This document shows, one piece after another, positions 36,784 through 47,203 of a stretch of 64,000 bases of DNA. Source of the stretch: an uncultured bacterium. GTDB lineage: Bacteria; Patescibacteriota; Saccharimonadia; UBA4664. The position numbers and the translations under genes were made by a program. The stretch's first letter is position 1; each line of letters begins with the position of its first letter. Under the pieces are notes generated by a model. The model saw only the letters and a list, made by a program, of their open reading frames with translations, made no database searches and had not been told where the DNA came from. The stretch is taken from NCBI GenBank assembly GCA_963720265.1, contig CAVRET010000002.1, forward strand, positions 750,069 through 814,068, given 5' to 3'.

Positions 36784-37647
36784 ATGACCCACAAACAGCT
36801 CGAACTCCAGGCCGACCAAATCCGCGAAGATATCATCAAGATGCTGGTTGAGGCGGGGAGTGGGCATGCCGCCGGACCTTTGGGCCTCGCCGATATCTTT
36901 ACCGCCCTCTATTTCGAAATTCTTAACCACCGCCCCAAAGAACCGGATTGGCCGGACCGCGACCGCCTTATTCTCTCAAACGGCCACACCGTACCGGTGC
37001 GCTACGCCACTATGGCTCGGGCCGGCTACTTCCCGGTCTCGGAGTTGAAAACCCTGCGCAAATTCGGTTCCCGCCTCCAGGGTCACCCCGAACGGGTGCG
37101 CCTGCCTGGCCTCGAAACTACCTCCGGCCCGCTCGGATCCGGTCTCTCGCAAGCCGCTGGCATGGCGCTTGCCCTGCGCATGGACGGCCGCACCAACCGC
37201 GTCTACTGCATCACCGGCGACGGCGAGCTCGACGAGGGGAATGTCTGGGAAGCAGCCCTGTTTGCACCCAACAAAAAGCTCAACAACCTCACCGTTATCG
37301 TCGACCGCAACAACATTCAGATCGACGGCCCCACCGAGCGCGTCATGCCGCTTGGTGACCTAGCCGAGAAGTGGGCCGCCTTTGGCTGGCACGTTATCGA
37401 GATCGACGGCCACAACTTCGAGGCCATCATTGCCGCGTGCAACCTGGCCAAAGCTGTGGTGGAACGCCCCACCGTCATCATTGCCCACACTATCCCGGGC
37501 AAGGGCGTCGACTTCATGCAATATGATTACCACTGGCACGGCTACTTCGCCGACGTGCCGGGTGCGCCCAAGGCCAGCGACCAGGCCCGGGTAGCGCTAC
37601 ACGAACTCCGCACTCTGGCCGGCCGGATCAGGAGCGAACATGAGTAA
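36784..37647 (+). CDS. transketolase N-terminal subunit
   Basis: GSGH, DRDRLILSNGH, LQGHP, GDGELDEG, HTIPGKG. Confidence 0.95.
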   Translation: MTHKQLELQADQIREDIIKMLVEAGSGHAAGPLGLADIFTALYFEILNHRPKEPDWPDRDRLILSNGHTVPVRYATMARAGYFPVSELKTLRKFGSRLQGHPERVRLPGLETTSGPLGSGLSQAAGMALALRMDGRTNRVYCITGDGELDEGNVWEAALFAPNKKLNNLTVIVDRNNIQIDGPTERVMPLGDLAEKWAAFGWHVIEIDGHNFEAIIAACNLAKAVVERPTVIIAHTIPGKGVDFMQYDYHWHGYFADVPGAPKASDQARVALHELRTLAGRIRSEHE

Positions 37648-37927
37648 GGCCAAGACCCACAAGCAGGCCGCGTCCGTCGCAGCGCCGATGTGGCAGTTCT
37701 ATGCGGCTTGGCCGGCTACCTTGGCCTTGGTGGTGACGGTCTGGTATGCGGCGCCCTTTCTATGGCTCATGCTGCTGCCGATCTTATTTAATATCATCGT
37801 TACGCTAACCATTGTTACGGTCAGGTCCAGCCGCACCAAGCTCTTGCTCCTAGCAGCTTGCTATCTTAATCTGGCTGTTATGATTGAGTTCATGCTGCAC
37901 TATTGCCTGTTAAACATGTGTACATGA
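37640..37927 (+). CDS. small membrane protein
   Basis: Overlaps the tktN stop; three hydrophobic segments. Confidence 0.6.
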   Translation: MSKAKTHKQAASVAAPMWQFYAAWPATLALVVTVWYAAPFLWLMLLPILFNIIVTLTIVTVRSSRTKLLLLAACYLNLAVMIEFMLHYCLLNMCT

Positions 37928-38385
37928 GATCCGGCGGAACGCTTAAGTTTGCACTTGCCGCCATCGTAGTCGTCATTGTAGTGGGCGGTCTGGCCGTGGG
38001 CATATTCACCTGGATGTCGCACAAACAGGCCGACACTCGTACCGCCCTGGAAAGCGGCTATGCCACGCAGCCGCTTGGCGCGCCGTTTGTACTCGAATCC
38101 AAAGCCTGGAACGCCGGCCCGGAACAGTGGCAATACAACTACACTGCCAATGTAAATCCGGCCGCGGCTATCATCGCGGCCAAAGCCCAGCTCGGCCGCG
38201 GCGCCTACCAAGTCGACGCCAATCAACCGGATGTCATTAATAATGCTGCCGGCACCGCGACGTTGTATCGTGACCTCATCACTGAAGATGTTGCCTTGAC
38301 TATGCATATCCAGCCTCCCGCAGCCCAAGGCTCAGCCCCGATCACGATTGCAACCGTCACCCTCAGCTCACTCGCGGGCCAGTAG
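37924..38385 (+). CDS. membrane-anchored exported protein
   Basis: ATGA overlap; N-terminal hydrophobic helix. Confidence 0.65.
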   Translation: MRSGGTLKFALAAIVVVIVVGGLAVGIFTWMSHKQADTRTALESGYATQPLGAPFVLESKAWNAGPEQWQYNYTANVNPAAAIIAAKAQLGRGAYQVDANQPDVINNAAGTATLYRDLITEDVALTMHIQPPAAQGSAPITIATVTLSSLAGQ

Positions 38386-38423
38386 CATTAGCATTTTGCC
38401 AGGCCAGGCCGTATCATAATGCC

Positions 38424-39413
38424 ATGATCGACCCCCAGCAACATCTCACGCCGGACCTCGCAAGTCCGGAAATCAAGCAAGAACCGATCCGGGCTGGATT
38501 TGGCCGCGGCCTGCTCGAAGCCGCCCACCACGACAAAAACATTGTGGCGCTCTGCGCCGACCTTACCGAATCAACCAAAATGAACGAATTTGCGAAGAGC
38601 TACCCTGAACGCTTTGTGGAAATCGGCATCGCCGAACAAAATCTCGTTACGGTCGCCGCCGGCATGGCGCTGGCTGGCAAAACGCCGTTCGTGTCCAGCT
38701 ACGCCGCGTTTTCGCCCGGCCGCAACTGGGAGCAAATCCGCACTACAATCTGCCTCAACCAGACAAACGTTAAAATCGTGGGCAGCCACGCGGGTGTATC
38801 AGTTGGGCCGGACGGTGCCACACACCAGATGCTCGAGGATATTGCCCTCATGCGCGTTCTACCCGGCATGACCGTGGTCGTCCCGACGGACTCGGTTGAG
38901 GCGTTTAAGGCTACCCAGGTGCTCGCTGCCTATCGTGGTGCCGCCTATGTGCGCTTGGCGCGGGAAAAATCGCCCGTGATCACTACGGAACAATCGCCGT
39001 TTTCGCTTTCCAAGGCCCAAATTCTCCGCCACGGTTGCGATCTCACCATTGTTGCCTGTGGCACTCTCGTGTATCAGGCCCTCATGGCCGCCGAAAGCCT
39101 GGCCGCACATCACCAGCTCGAGGTTGAGGTAATTAATGCCGCCGTTATCAAGCCGCTCGATGTTGTCACGATTGTAGCCAGTGCCAAACGCACTGGGGCT
39201 GTGCTTACGGCCGAGGAACATCAAATTACCGGAGGCCTAGGCGGCGCCGTGGCCGAGGCTCTGGCCGATCACTATCCAGTACCCATGGCTCGCGTTGGTT
39301 TGAATGACCGCTTCGGCGAGTCCGGCCGCCCAGACGAGCTCCTCGAACACTTTGGCCTCACCGCGCCTCACATTGCGGACCGCGCCCGCGAACTCCTAAA
39401 ACGCAAAGCCTAA
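38424..39413 (+). CDS. transketolase C-terminal subunit
   Basis: ADL, GIAEQN, GPDGATHQ, YVRL, EEH, DRFGESG. Confidence 0.95.
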   Translation: MIDPQQHLTPDLASPEIKQEPIRAGFGRGLLEAAHHDKNIVALCADLTESTKMNEFAKSYPERFVEIGIAEQNLVTVAAGMALAGKTPFVSSYAAFSPGRNWEQIRTTICLNQTNVKIVGSHAGVSVGPDGATHQMLEDIALMRVLPGMTVVVPTDSVEAFKATQVLAAYRGAAYVRLAREKSPVITTEQSPFSLSKAQILRHGCDLTIVACGTLVYQALMAAESLAAHHQLEVEVINAAVIKPLDVVTIVASAKRTGAVLTAEEHQITGGLGGAVAEALADHYPVPMARVGLNDRFGESGRPDELLEHFGLTAPHIADRARELLKRKA

Positions 39414-39462
39414 GTTAAAAATTCCTCTTGGCCAGATCAGGAAGATAGCGTAAGCTAATCCC

Positions 39463-39855
39463 ATGTCCAAAGGGGAAATCCAGTATCTCGTGACCTTTGC
39501 TGCCGGCATCGCCGCTTTTTGGCTGAGCGGACAGGCGGTGGCACAGCTTGCGGATCCGCACCTCGGCCATTTTATTGCCGAGGCCTGGCATCTCAGCGTT
39601 ACGCTCGGTGTATATGGTCTGTGCATGGCCGCGCTAGCAGTATTGATATATGGTCGGTCCAGAAATGCTAAGGCCATCATTGTAGCCGCCGTCTGTGCCG
39701 TCATTCTGGCGGCAGTCGGAGCTCAACTTCTATTGCATTTAATCGGGCTCGTGCACACCAAACAAGACCTCGGCTTCTTCACGTTCGCAGCCTACCTTCT
39801 CTACGGCCTGTTCTACGTCGTGTCAGCTGCCGTTGGCCGCCGCTTCGCGCGGTAG
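39463..39855 (+). CDS. four-TM membrane protein
   Basis: Hydrophobicity pattern. Confidence 0.65.
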   Translation: MSKGEIQYLVTFAAGIAAFWLSGQAVAQLADPHLGHFIAEAWHLSVTLGVYGLCMAALAVLIYGRSRNAKAIIVAAVCAVILAAVGAQLLLHLIGLVHTKQDLGFFTFAAYLLYGLFYVVSAAVGRRFAR

Positions 39856-39926
39856 TCGTACCTAGTCATTATTTACACTCATTGGTAAAGCGGTTATGGT
39901 AAGGCCATACTAACTGGTACGTATTC

Positions 39927-40496
39927 ATGTCGTCTGCAGGGCTCATCAACCTCGTTAAAACCCGCATCGCTCATATCGGCCTGATTATAGCCGCGAGCGT
40001 TTGGATCGCCGGCGGAATCTTCATGGCCGGGGCCGCTCAGGCCGCCGGCTCTGGCACGCTTACCCTCACTCCGGCCTCCGGCACCTATACGGTCGGCCAG
40101 GCCATCGTCGTTTCGGTCTATGCCAACACCGGCGGCGCGCCCATTAATGCCGTTGAGGCCGATGTCGCATACCCGCAGCAAAAACTGCAGTTTGAGAGCC
40201 TAGATACGAGTGCCTCAGCCTTCAGCATTGCCGCCGCCGGCTCAGGGTCAGGCGGGACTGTTCAGGTTGCACGAGGGAATATTCAACCGGTCACGGGCCG
40301 TGTGCTCGTGGCAGTCATCAACTTTAAAGTTATAGCAGCCGGCTCAGCCGCTTTGCATTTTCTGGCTTCGTCAGCACTCGTTACCAGCACAGACAATACT
40401 AACGCGCTCGGCAGCACTTCCGGTGCTGCATACACGTTGACGCAAACTCAGCCTGCCCGTCATTTTCAAGGCTTTCGTTTTCGCCTCTATTTTTAG
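39927..40496 (+). CDS. secreted single-cohesin-domain protein
   Basis: Signal peptide; LTLTPASGTYTVG, INAVEADVAYP, GTVQVARG, VAVINFK. Confidence 0.8.
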   Translation: MSSAGLINLVKTRIAHIGLIIAASVWIAGGIFMAGAAQAAGSGTLTLTPASGTYTVGQAIVVSVYANTGGAPINAVEADVAYPQQKLQFESLDTSASAFSIAAAGSGSGGTVQVARGNIQPVTGRVLVAVINFKVIAAGSAALHFLASSALVTSTDNTNALGSTSGAAYTLTQTQPARHFQGFRFRLYF

Positions 40497-40517
40497 CAAG
40501 GTGCTACACTAAAACAC

Positions 40518-41402
40518 ATGAAGCCTACCATTGTTGCCGCCCGCGCCATGTATGAACGCACGCGCAAAGAACACTTTGCGCTCGGTGCGTTCAATATCGA
40601 CAACCAAGAGACGCTCGTCGCAGTAGCCAGGGCTGCAGCTGCTAAAAAAGCTCCGGTGCTGGTCGAGGTTTCGAATGATGAGGCCGGCATGATCGGCCTG
40701 TCCAACATCCGCTGCTTAGTTGACAACTACCGGGCCGAGTATGGCTTACAAATGTTCGTCAATCTTGACCACTCGCCCAGTGTCGAGGCCGCCAAAGCCG
40801 GTATTGATGCCGGCTTTGAGTTCATTCACATCGACATTTCGCAAGCCAACCACGACGCCACCCTCGATGACATCATTGCTGCCACCAAGGAAGTGGTGGC
40901 GTACGCCAGAACCACCGGCGCGCTGGTGGAGAGCGAGCCGCACTATTTCGGCGGCGGCTCCAACGACTTCGACGGCCCGATCGATTACGAAACCATTAAA
41001 AAATTCTTCACAAAACCGGATGAAGCAGCCAAGTTTGTGGCCGCCACCGGGATTGACACGTATGCCGCCGCCGTCGGCAACCTGCACGGTCACTATCCGG
41101 TACCCAAAGAACTGCACCTCGACCTGCTCCAGCAAGTCCGCGATGCCTTGACGTGCGCAATCTCGCTCCACGGCGGCTCCGACACGCCGCTTGAGCAATT
41201 CGTGCAGGCTGTGAACATTGGCGTGTCCAAAGTCAACATCAACTCTGATATGCGCCACGCCTACCGCACAACACTTGAGGCCCAGCTCGCTGCCAATCCG
41301 CATCAGTCGGCCGTTATCAAACTCGTGGGGCCGGTCATCGACGCTGTCCAGGCGGTTGTCGAAACCAAAATTGATGCCTTTGGCTCAGCCGGTCGTTCCT
41401 AA
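40518..41402 (+). CDS. fba: class II fructose-bisphosphate aldolase
   Basis: GAFN, NLDH, VESE, VGNLHG, LHGGS, KVNIN. Confidence 0.92.
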   Translation: MKPTIVAARAMYERTRKEHFALGAFNIDNQETLVAVARAAAAKKAPVLVEVSNDEAGMIGLSNIRCLVDNYRAEYGLQMFVNLDHSPSVEAAKAGIDAGFEFIHIDISQANHDATLDDIIAATKEVVAYARTTGALVESEPHYFGGGSNDFDGPIDYETIKKFFTKPDEAAKFVAATGIDTYAAAVGNLHGHYPVPKELHLDLLQQVRDALTCAISLHGGSDTPLEQFVQAVNIGVSKVNINSDMRHAYRTTLEAQLAANPHQSAVIKLVGPVIDAVQAVVETKIDAFGSAGRS

Positions 41403-41460
41403 GAAAAAGCTTTACGGCCGGTCCTATACTGGTTATGCTATAACAAAAGAACTACCATCT

Positions 41461-42567
41461 ATGAGACGTTATCACTTGCTTCCCTCGATTACTCGTCCCA
41501 AAACCTTTCTCAGCCTTATTCTCAGCACCATTGCCGCAGTGGCAATGGTGGGCGCCGGCGGACTTACCAACTATGCGCAAGCTAGCGGCTCAGCCACGCT
41601 CTATTTCACACCATCATCAGGCACGTATACCGTTGGCCAGACGCTGACCGTCACAATCTATACCAACACTGGCGGCGATCCGGTCAATGCAGTTGAGGCC
41701 GACTTTTCGTATCCCACCTCAACACTGACATTCCAAAGCATTGACGGTAGCAGCTCGGCCTTCGGCATCTCGGCCTCTCAAACCGGTGGTGGTGGTACGG
41801 TTAAAATCGCCCGTGGCAACACGAGCGGACTTACCGGCACAGAGCTCGTGGCGGTTGTGCATTTCACGGTCAGCGCTGCCGGCTCAGGATCACTGAGCTA
41901 TCTCGGCTCGTCCGCGGTGGTACGCAGCACCGATAACCAAAACGTCCTCAGCTCCACTTCCGGCGCCAGCTTTACCCTTGCGGCCGCGTCAACGCCGACT
42001 TCCACGCCCAAGCCTTCAGGCTCCACTCACACTCCCACACCGGCTCCAAGCAGCGGCAGCAAGACCAGTCCCACCCCGAAGCCGTCATCATCCGCCTCGC
42101 CAACGCCCTCAGCCGCCGCCGGCACAACAAGTAACACGCCCAGCCCAACGCCCATCAGTATTAATACCTCGCCCACCCCGGCGCCATCACACAGCTCGAC
42201 CAAAATCTTGGGCATTGCCGCCCTTGGCATTCCGATTCTAGCCCTCCTCGTCCTTGGTGCATTTATTCTCAGCCGCTCGCACATCCCGAGTGTGGCGTCA
42301 CACGGCGCTGACAGCGACGCATTGCCTCTCACCCCGCCCGTTACGCCGTCTGCTCCGACCATGCCGGTAAACGGCACAGCATTGCCGCCCACGCCACCAC
42401 CACCGTCGCCACAGGCACCAGTGCCACCAAGCCAGCCAGTCCCGCCAAGCCAGCCGGCGCCACCGAGCCAAACCACCCCGCCAAGTGGGCCCACCCCGCC
42501 GGCCGCCCAGCCGCCAAACCAGACATTTTACCCGGACGCCAACTCCAAGCACGACGGCCCCGCATGA
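41461..42567 (+). CDS. cohesin + S/T/P linker + TM + Pro-rich cytoplasmic tail
   Basis: LYFTPSSGTYTVG, VNAVEADFSYP, GTVKIARG; TM ILGIAALGIPILALLVLGAFIL. Confidence 0.8.
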   Translation: MRRYHLLPSITRPKTFLSLILSTIAAVAMVGAGGLTNYAQASGSATLYFTPSSGTYTVGQTLTVTIYTNTGGDPVNAVEADFSYPTSTLTFQSIDGSSSAFGISASQTGGGGTVKIARGNTSGLTGTELVAVVHFTVSAAGSGSLSYLGSSAVVRSTDNQNVLSSTSGASFTLAAASTPTSTPKPSGSTHTPTPAPSSGSKTSPTPKPSSSASPTPSAAAGTTSNTPSPTPISINTSPTPAPSHSSTKILGIAALGIPILALLVLGAFILSRSHIPSVASHGADSDALPLTPPVTPSAPTMPVNGTALPPTPPPPSPQAPVPPSQPVPPSQPAPPSQTTPPSGPTPPAAQPPNQTFYPDANSKHDGPA

Positions 42568-45500
42568 CGCCTAGACTCATCTCTCCCCGTCACGGACAGG
42601 GATTGAAGAGCATGCTTGCCCAACAAAAAGCGCTCTCCTGGGCAACTTTGGTCCCGCTCGTGGCGTTGTGTGTAGTGGTTGGCCTCGTCCTCAGGCCCCA
42701 TTCGCGTGCTGATCAAGTGGATGGGGTAAATTACGAAATCTGCAACGAAGGGTCGCAATATCTTACCAGTCCCTGGACGTACGATGCGCTGGCCAGTGGC
42801 AGCCAAAGTTATACAGTGGCACAGTACGAGGCGCTGTCCGGGTATGGCACGACCTTACCGCCACTGCCTTCATACATTTCGTCCCAGGACTCAACGACTG
42901 AAGCGGCCGTCATCTATGCGCCTGGCAGCACAGTCAATGAGCCGGCCTACAATTTCCCAAACACGCCCATCGTGTCCTTTTTTGAAGGCGGCGCCTATAA
43001 CGACATTGGCTTTGATAGTGTAAGCGGCGATCAGTTCATCGGTGGATCGGCGGCCGGCTATCCGGAGCCCGCGTTTGACGACGGCGGTAATGCCGAGGGC
43101 ATTGATGGGCAAAATGCCACTTTTGATTTTTCAGGCGGAGCCAGCACACTTACCGCTACCGCAAACTCCGGAGCGACGACCATTACGACCGCCGACGCCA
43201 TTCCCGGCTACATTGCCGATCTTACCTTTACCGACGGTTCCACCTACCCGATTGGCAACGTTTCGGGGACAACAATCACGCTGGACTCGCCTCTAACGAG
43301 CAGCGAGTCAGCCGGTAGCGCTGTCTGGGCCAACCGCCAGGCGCCGATTGGCAAGGTGGCATCAGGTGCCAGCCAGGGCGCCACGAGTGTTACGCTCGAC
43401 AGCTCAGCGCTGCCGCTCGTGCAATACGGCAACATTCGAATTGGCGCCGATAATTACACACTCAGTTCGGTCTCGGGTAACCAGTCCGGCTACACGGTCG
43501 GTGTGCCAGGCTTGGATACGGCCTTGGCAGCGGGCACGCCGATCTACTACGACGGCATGGCCGGAGATGTGACTGTCTCGTATCTGAATATTAACAACGA
43601 CCAGCACACCACCACCGGTACCATTTACACCGGTTCCGGCTGGACCATAACCCACGACAACATTCACGACGGCTACTCGAAAGGACCCGGGTACGGCGTT
43701 GCCCTTTACGGTGGCGACGAAGGCACGATTGAGTACAACTGCTTATCCAAAATGGGGGACTATGGCGAGAACATTTTTGGCACCGGCAGCAAATTTGACT
43801 ACAACGAGGTCTACGAATCAAATTACCAGCCCGACCCCGGTTGCGGCTGCTCCGGCGGCGGTAAATGGTGGGGCACGCTCAACTCCGACATCGTAGACAA
43901 CGCCTTCGTTAACGATGGAATCGGCGACAGTGGTTTTGCCATCTGGCTCGACAACGGGAACACCGGCACACTCATATCCGGCAACTTCTTCAACCAAACG
44001 GCCGGCCCGGCCATTTCGAGCGAAACAGGATTCAACCTCGATATTACCGACAACCTGTTCGAGAATGACAACTGGGGGACCGGTGACGGCTGCGGTAACT
44101 CTAATTGTACTGGCGACGTTGGCTTAAATAGCTCCGGCGGCTTCAATATACCCGGCAGCCGCTACAATAACCAGATTAGTATTTCCGATAACCAGTTCAT
44201 TGACGACTGGGGCGGTGTCGGCATCTGGCAATCCGGTGCTCGTTCCTGTGAGAACTCAGGTGAAGGCTGGCCTCAGGATGCCCCGTACTGCTCCGGCGGC
44301 TTCCCGAATTCCTCCAACACGTCAAACGGCGGCCAGTACTATTTCTCTCATATTGCTGACACTCAATATGGCGGCGCTTCCAACGCGGTCGTACAAGCCG
44401 CCTCGTCCGGCAGTACAACGCTTCTGGTCAACGGCTCCATGGCTACGGATGATCAAATCGGCATCGGCGACCCGGCTTCCACCACCACAGCGAGCACCAC
44501 GGATGTCACCTCACTCGCCGGCTCGCAAACGATCAACGCCGCCTCCACCACCGGTTTCCCGAGTTCAGGCCAGTTGCGCGTCGGGACATCAGCGGCCTGG
44601 AGCGACGCCGGCGGCAGCTATACCGGCGCCATCCTAAGCTACACTGGCACAACCGGCACGAGTTTCACCGGTGTGTCGCTCGTGCGCGGCTCCGGCACCC
44701 TAGCCGGCCCCATCCTACAAGTGCAGCCATACAAAATCACGGGTGAAACTTGCTACGCCAACGATTGCGCGCTTACTATCACACCGGGCCTCAGCGCCTC
44801 TGCGGCCGCCGGCGCCGAGGTGAGTAACGCCGGCACCTGCCAGCTCTATGCCACCAGCGCCGCCACGCCGACGAGCCCTCTAGCCCCCAATGGCACCTCG
44901 TACTTTGACGGCTGCCAGTGGGGGACCAAGAACATTAGCATCACCAGCAACAACTTCATCTTCGATCCGACCACCATGGCGGCCAGCGCCCCACTGAGCG
45001 GTGGCAAAACCACCACCTCCTGTACCGCCGACCACAACAACGACTGCGGCACCAACTTCATGGCCTACCAGGAGGCCGGCGAACCACCGTTCAGTACCTT
45101 CATCGGCGGCAACGCCATGTACTCAAACTCTGCCCTCACCTCCTGTCCGTCGTGGGATTCCGGCTGTTCATCCAGCCCTCTCAAAAACATTAACGCCCTA
45201 TCCAACCCGCCCGACGCGCCGGCAAATAACGGTGAGGCAGCGAATAACGACGTGTGGTCAGATAACACCTATTCCGGACCGTGGGCCTGGAATGCCTACT
45301 CATATGGCGGCTGTGACGAGCCGAGCGACCCCACCACCAACAAGAGCATGCCGGCCGGCGCCTGCAGTGTTGACTTCTCCGACTGGCAAACCGACTGGCA
45401 ACAGGATGCCGGCAGCACCTACTCTGCCAGTCCTCAGCCGACACCCACCACCACGGCTACCCCGACCGTCTCGGCCACTCCAACCCCGAGCGCTACCCCC

Positions 45501-45677
45501 TCGTCTTCGCCCTCGGGCACAACAGGCGACCTCAACAACGATGGCCAAGTCAATATCTTCGACCTTTCTATTCTCCTCAGCGACTGGGGTACCAATAATG
45601 CCACTGCCGACCTTAACCACGACGGCACGGTGAATGTTTTCGACCTTTCCATTCTTCTCAGCCATTGGGGGACCTAG
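42564..45677 (+). CDS. secreted right-handed beta-helix (pectin-lyase-like) protein with C-terminal dockerin
   Basis: I.xN.F beta-helix repeats; PT linker; duplicated Ca-binding motif GDLNNDGQVNIFDLSILLSDWG / ADLNHDGTVNVFDLSILLSHWG. Confidence 0.85.
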   Translation: MTPRLISPRHGQGLKSMLAQQKALSWATLVPLVALCVVVGLVLRPHSRADQVDGVNYEICNEGSQYLTSPWTYDALASGSQSYTVAQYEALSGYGTTLPPLPSYISSQDSTTEAAVIYAPGSTVNEPAYNFPNTPIVSFFEGGAYNDIGFDSVSGDQFIGGSAAGYPEPAFDDGGNAEGIDGQNATFDFSGGASTLTATANSGATTITTADAIPGYIADLTFTDGSTYPIGNVSGTTITLDSPLTSSESAGSAVWANRQAPIGKVASGASQGATSVTLDSSALPLVQYGNIRIGADNYTLSSVSGNQSGYTVGVPGLDTALAAGTPIYYDGMAGDVTVSYLNINNDQHTTTGTIYTGSGWTITHDNIHDGYSKGPGYGVALYGGDEGTIEYNCLSKMGDYGENIFGTGSKFDYNEVYESNYQPDPGCGCSGGGKWWGTLNSDIVDNAFVNDGIGDSGFAIWLDNGNTGTLISGNFFNQTAGPAISSETGFNLDITDNLFENDNWGTGDGCGNSNCTGDVGLNSSGGFNIPGSRYNNQISISDNQFIDDWGGVGIWQSGARSCENSGEGWPQDAPYCSGGFPNSSNTSNGGQYYFSHIADTQYGGASNAVVQAASSGSTTLLVNGSMATDDQIGIGDPASTTTASTTDVTSLAGSQTINAASTTGFPSSGQLRVGTSAAWSDAGGSYTGAILSYTGTTGTSFTGVSLVRGSGTLAGPILQVQPYKITGETCYANDCALTITPGLSASAAAGAEVSNAGTCQLYATSAATPTSPLAPNGTSYFDGCQWGTKNISITSNNFIFDPTTMAASAPLSGGKTTTSCTADHNNDCGTNFMAYQEAGEPPFSTFIGGNAMYSNSALTSCPSWDSGCSSSPLKNINALSNPPDAPANNGEAANNDVWSDNTYSGPWAWNAYSYGGCDEPSDPTTNKSMPAGACSVDFSDWQTDWQQDAGSTYSASPQPTPTTTATPTVSATPTPSATPSSSPSGTTGDLNNDGQVNIFDLSILLSDWGTNNATADLNHDGTVNVFDLSILLSHWGT

Positions 45678-45689
45678 CGGGAAACACTA

Positions 45690-47174
45690 ATGAAAATCAC
45701 ACGTTTACATCCAGACACCCTTCTAAAGCACGGCAGTCGGATACAGACCGGGGTCTTAAGCCTGGTTGTGGCAGCCGTAGTGGTGGCCGGCGCCTACGTT
45801 GTGAGCCACAGTTTTGCCGACACCAACCAGCTGTACCTTAGTCCGTCCAGCGGCACCGTGCTGCAGGGCAATACGGTCAGCGTGGCAATCCATGAAGATT
45901 CCGGCACGACGGGCGTCAACGCCGTCCAGGCCAACCTAAGTTATGATCCGGCTGAATTTGAATTCGAAAGCATCGATGCCAGTAACAGTGCGTTTGGTGT
46001 AGAGGCCGAGTCCACCGGCGGCAACGGCACTGTAACCATTGCCCGCGGCGTCACCGGCGGCAGCGCCCCACTCACTGGCGATCAGCTGGTGGCCACGGTT
46101 ACGTTCACGGCTTTAGGCAGTGGCGTGAGCGGAGATATTAACTTCGCCAGTGGTTCGGCCGTCGTATCGGCATCCGACAACACCAACATTGTCCAGTCAA
46201 CCGCCGGCGCCAGCTTCGATCTCACCGCACCGGCCACGCCGACGCCCACACCTACGCAAACTCCAGCGCCCACCGCCACCCCAACGCCGGCTCCCGCGCC
46301 CACACCCACAGCCACTCCCACGCCTGCGCCCGCGAGCGCCGGCACCATCTACCTCAATCCTGCCAGCGGTACGATCACAAATGGCTCCGACCTGATCTTT
46401 GATATCCACGAAGACTCCGGTTCCACGCCGGTCAACGCCGTCCAGGCCAACTATGATTATTCCACCAGTGATTTCCAATATGTTTCAATTTCAGCCGCAA
46501 ATAGCGACTTTGCGGTCGAAGCCCAAACCTCGGGCGATAACGGCCAAATCCGCATTGCCCGCGGCGTCACCGGCGGCAGCGCCCCACTCACCGGCGACCA
46601 CATTGTGGCAACAGTCACGCTCAAAGCCGTTACTAGTGGTACCGCCGCCCTCACGGCCGCTTCCGGCTCGGCAATCGTCAGCTCCGACACTAATTCCAAT
46701 ATTCTCAGCAGTCAAACCGGCGGTAGCTACACGCTCACCGGCGGAACCGGTAGTAGTACAAGCACAACACCCGCGCCAACACCAAAACCTTCGTCACCCA
46801 CCCCGGTTTCAATTACCGGCGGCAGCGAACCCATTCCGGTGAGCGACACCATCCAACTCTCGAGCCCATCCCTTAGCTCTAGCGCCGCCACTACTTACAC
46901 GCTCGACGGGCAAAGCGTTAGCGGCGACACCGTCGACACCTCTGATCTGAGCGACGGCGACCACACCATTACCGCTACCCAAACCGTGAATGGCAAGACT
47001 ACTGAGGTCAAACAAACCATCTCGGTCCACAACAAGTCGGCCGGGTCCAATCCCTTCACGGTCGTTTTGGGTGCTGCCAAGCCGGCCTTGCCCTATATCG
47101 TGGTCGTAGTGATCGTAATACTGCTGGCAACCGCCGGCTTCGTGTTCATCCGCCGCGGACCAACCGGGATCTAG
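45690..47174 (+). CDS. two-cohesin scaffoldin-like protein with Ig-like domain and C-terminal TM anchor
   Basis: Two copies of LxPxSG...VNAVQAN...IARGVTGGSAPLTGD...VATVT; PT linkers; YIVVVVIVILLATAGFVFIRR. Confidence 0.8.
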   Translation: MKITRLHPDTLLKHGSRIQTGVLSLVVAAVVVAGAYVVSHSFADTNQLYLSPSSGTVLQGNTVSVAIHEDSGTTGVNAVQANLSYDPAEFEFESIDASNSAFGVEAESTGGNGTVTIARGVTGGSAPLTGDQLVATVTFTALGSGVSGDINFASGSAVVSASDNTNIVQSTAGASFDLTAPATPTPTPTQTPAPTATPTPAPAPTPTATPTPAPASAGTIYLNPASGTITNGSDLIFDIHEDSGSTPVNAVQANYDYSTSDFQYVSISAANSDFAVEAQTSGDNGQIRIARGVTGGSAPLTGDHIVATVTLKAVTSGTAALTAASGSAIVSSDTNSNILSSQTGGSYTLTGGTGSSTSTTPAPTPKPSSPTPVSITGGSEPIPVSDTIQLSSPSLSSSAATTYTLDGQSVSGDTVDTSDLSDGDHTITATQTVNGKTTEVKQTISVHNKSAGSNPFTVVLGAAKPALPYIVVVVIVILLATAGFVFIRRGPTGI

Positions 47175-47203
47175 CTGTGGCAAGAATTAATAATGTAAAA
47201 GTA

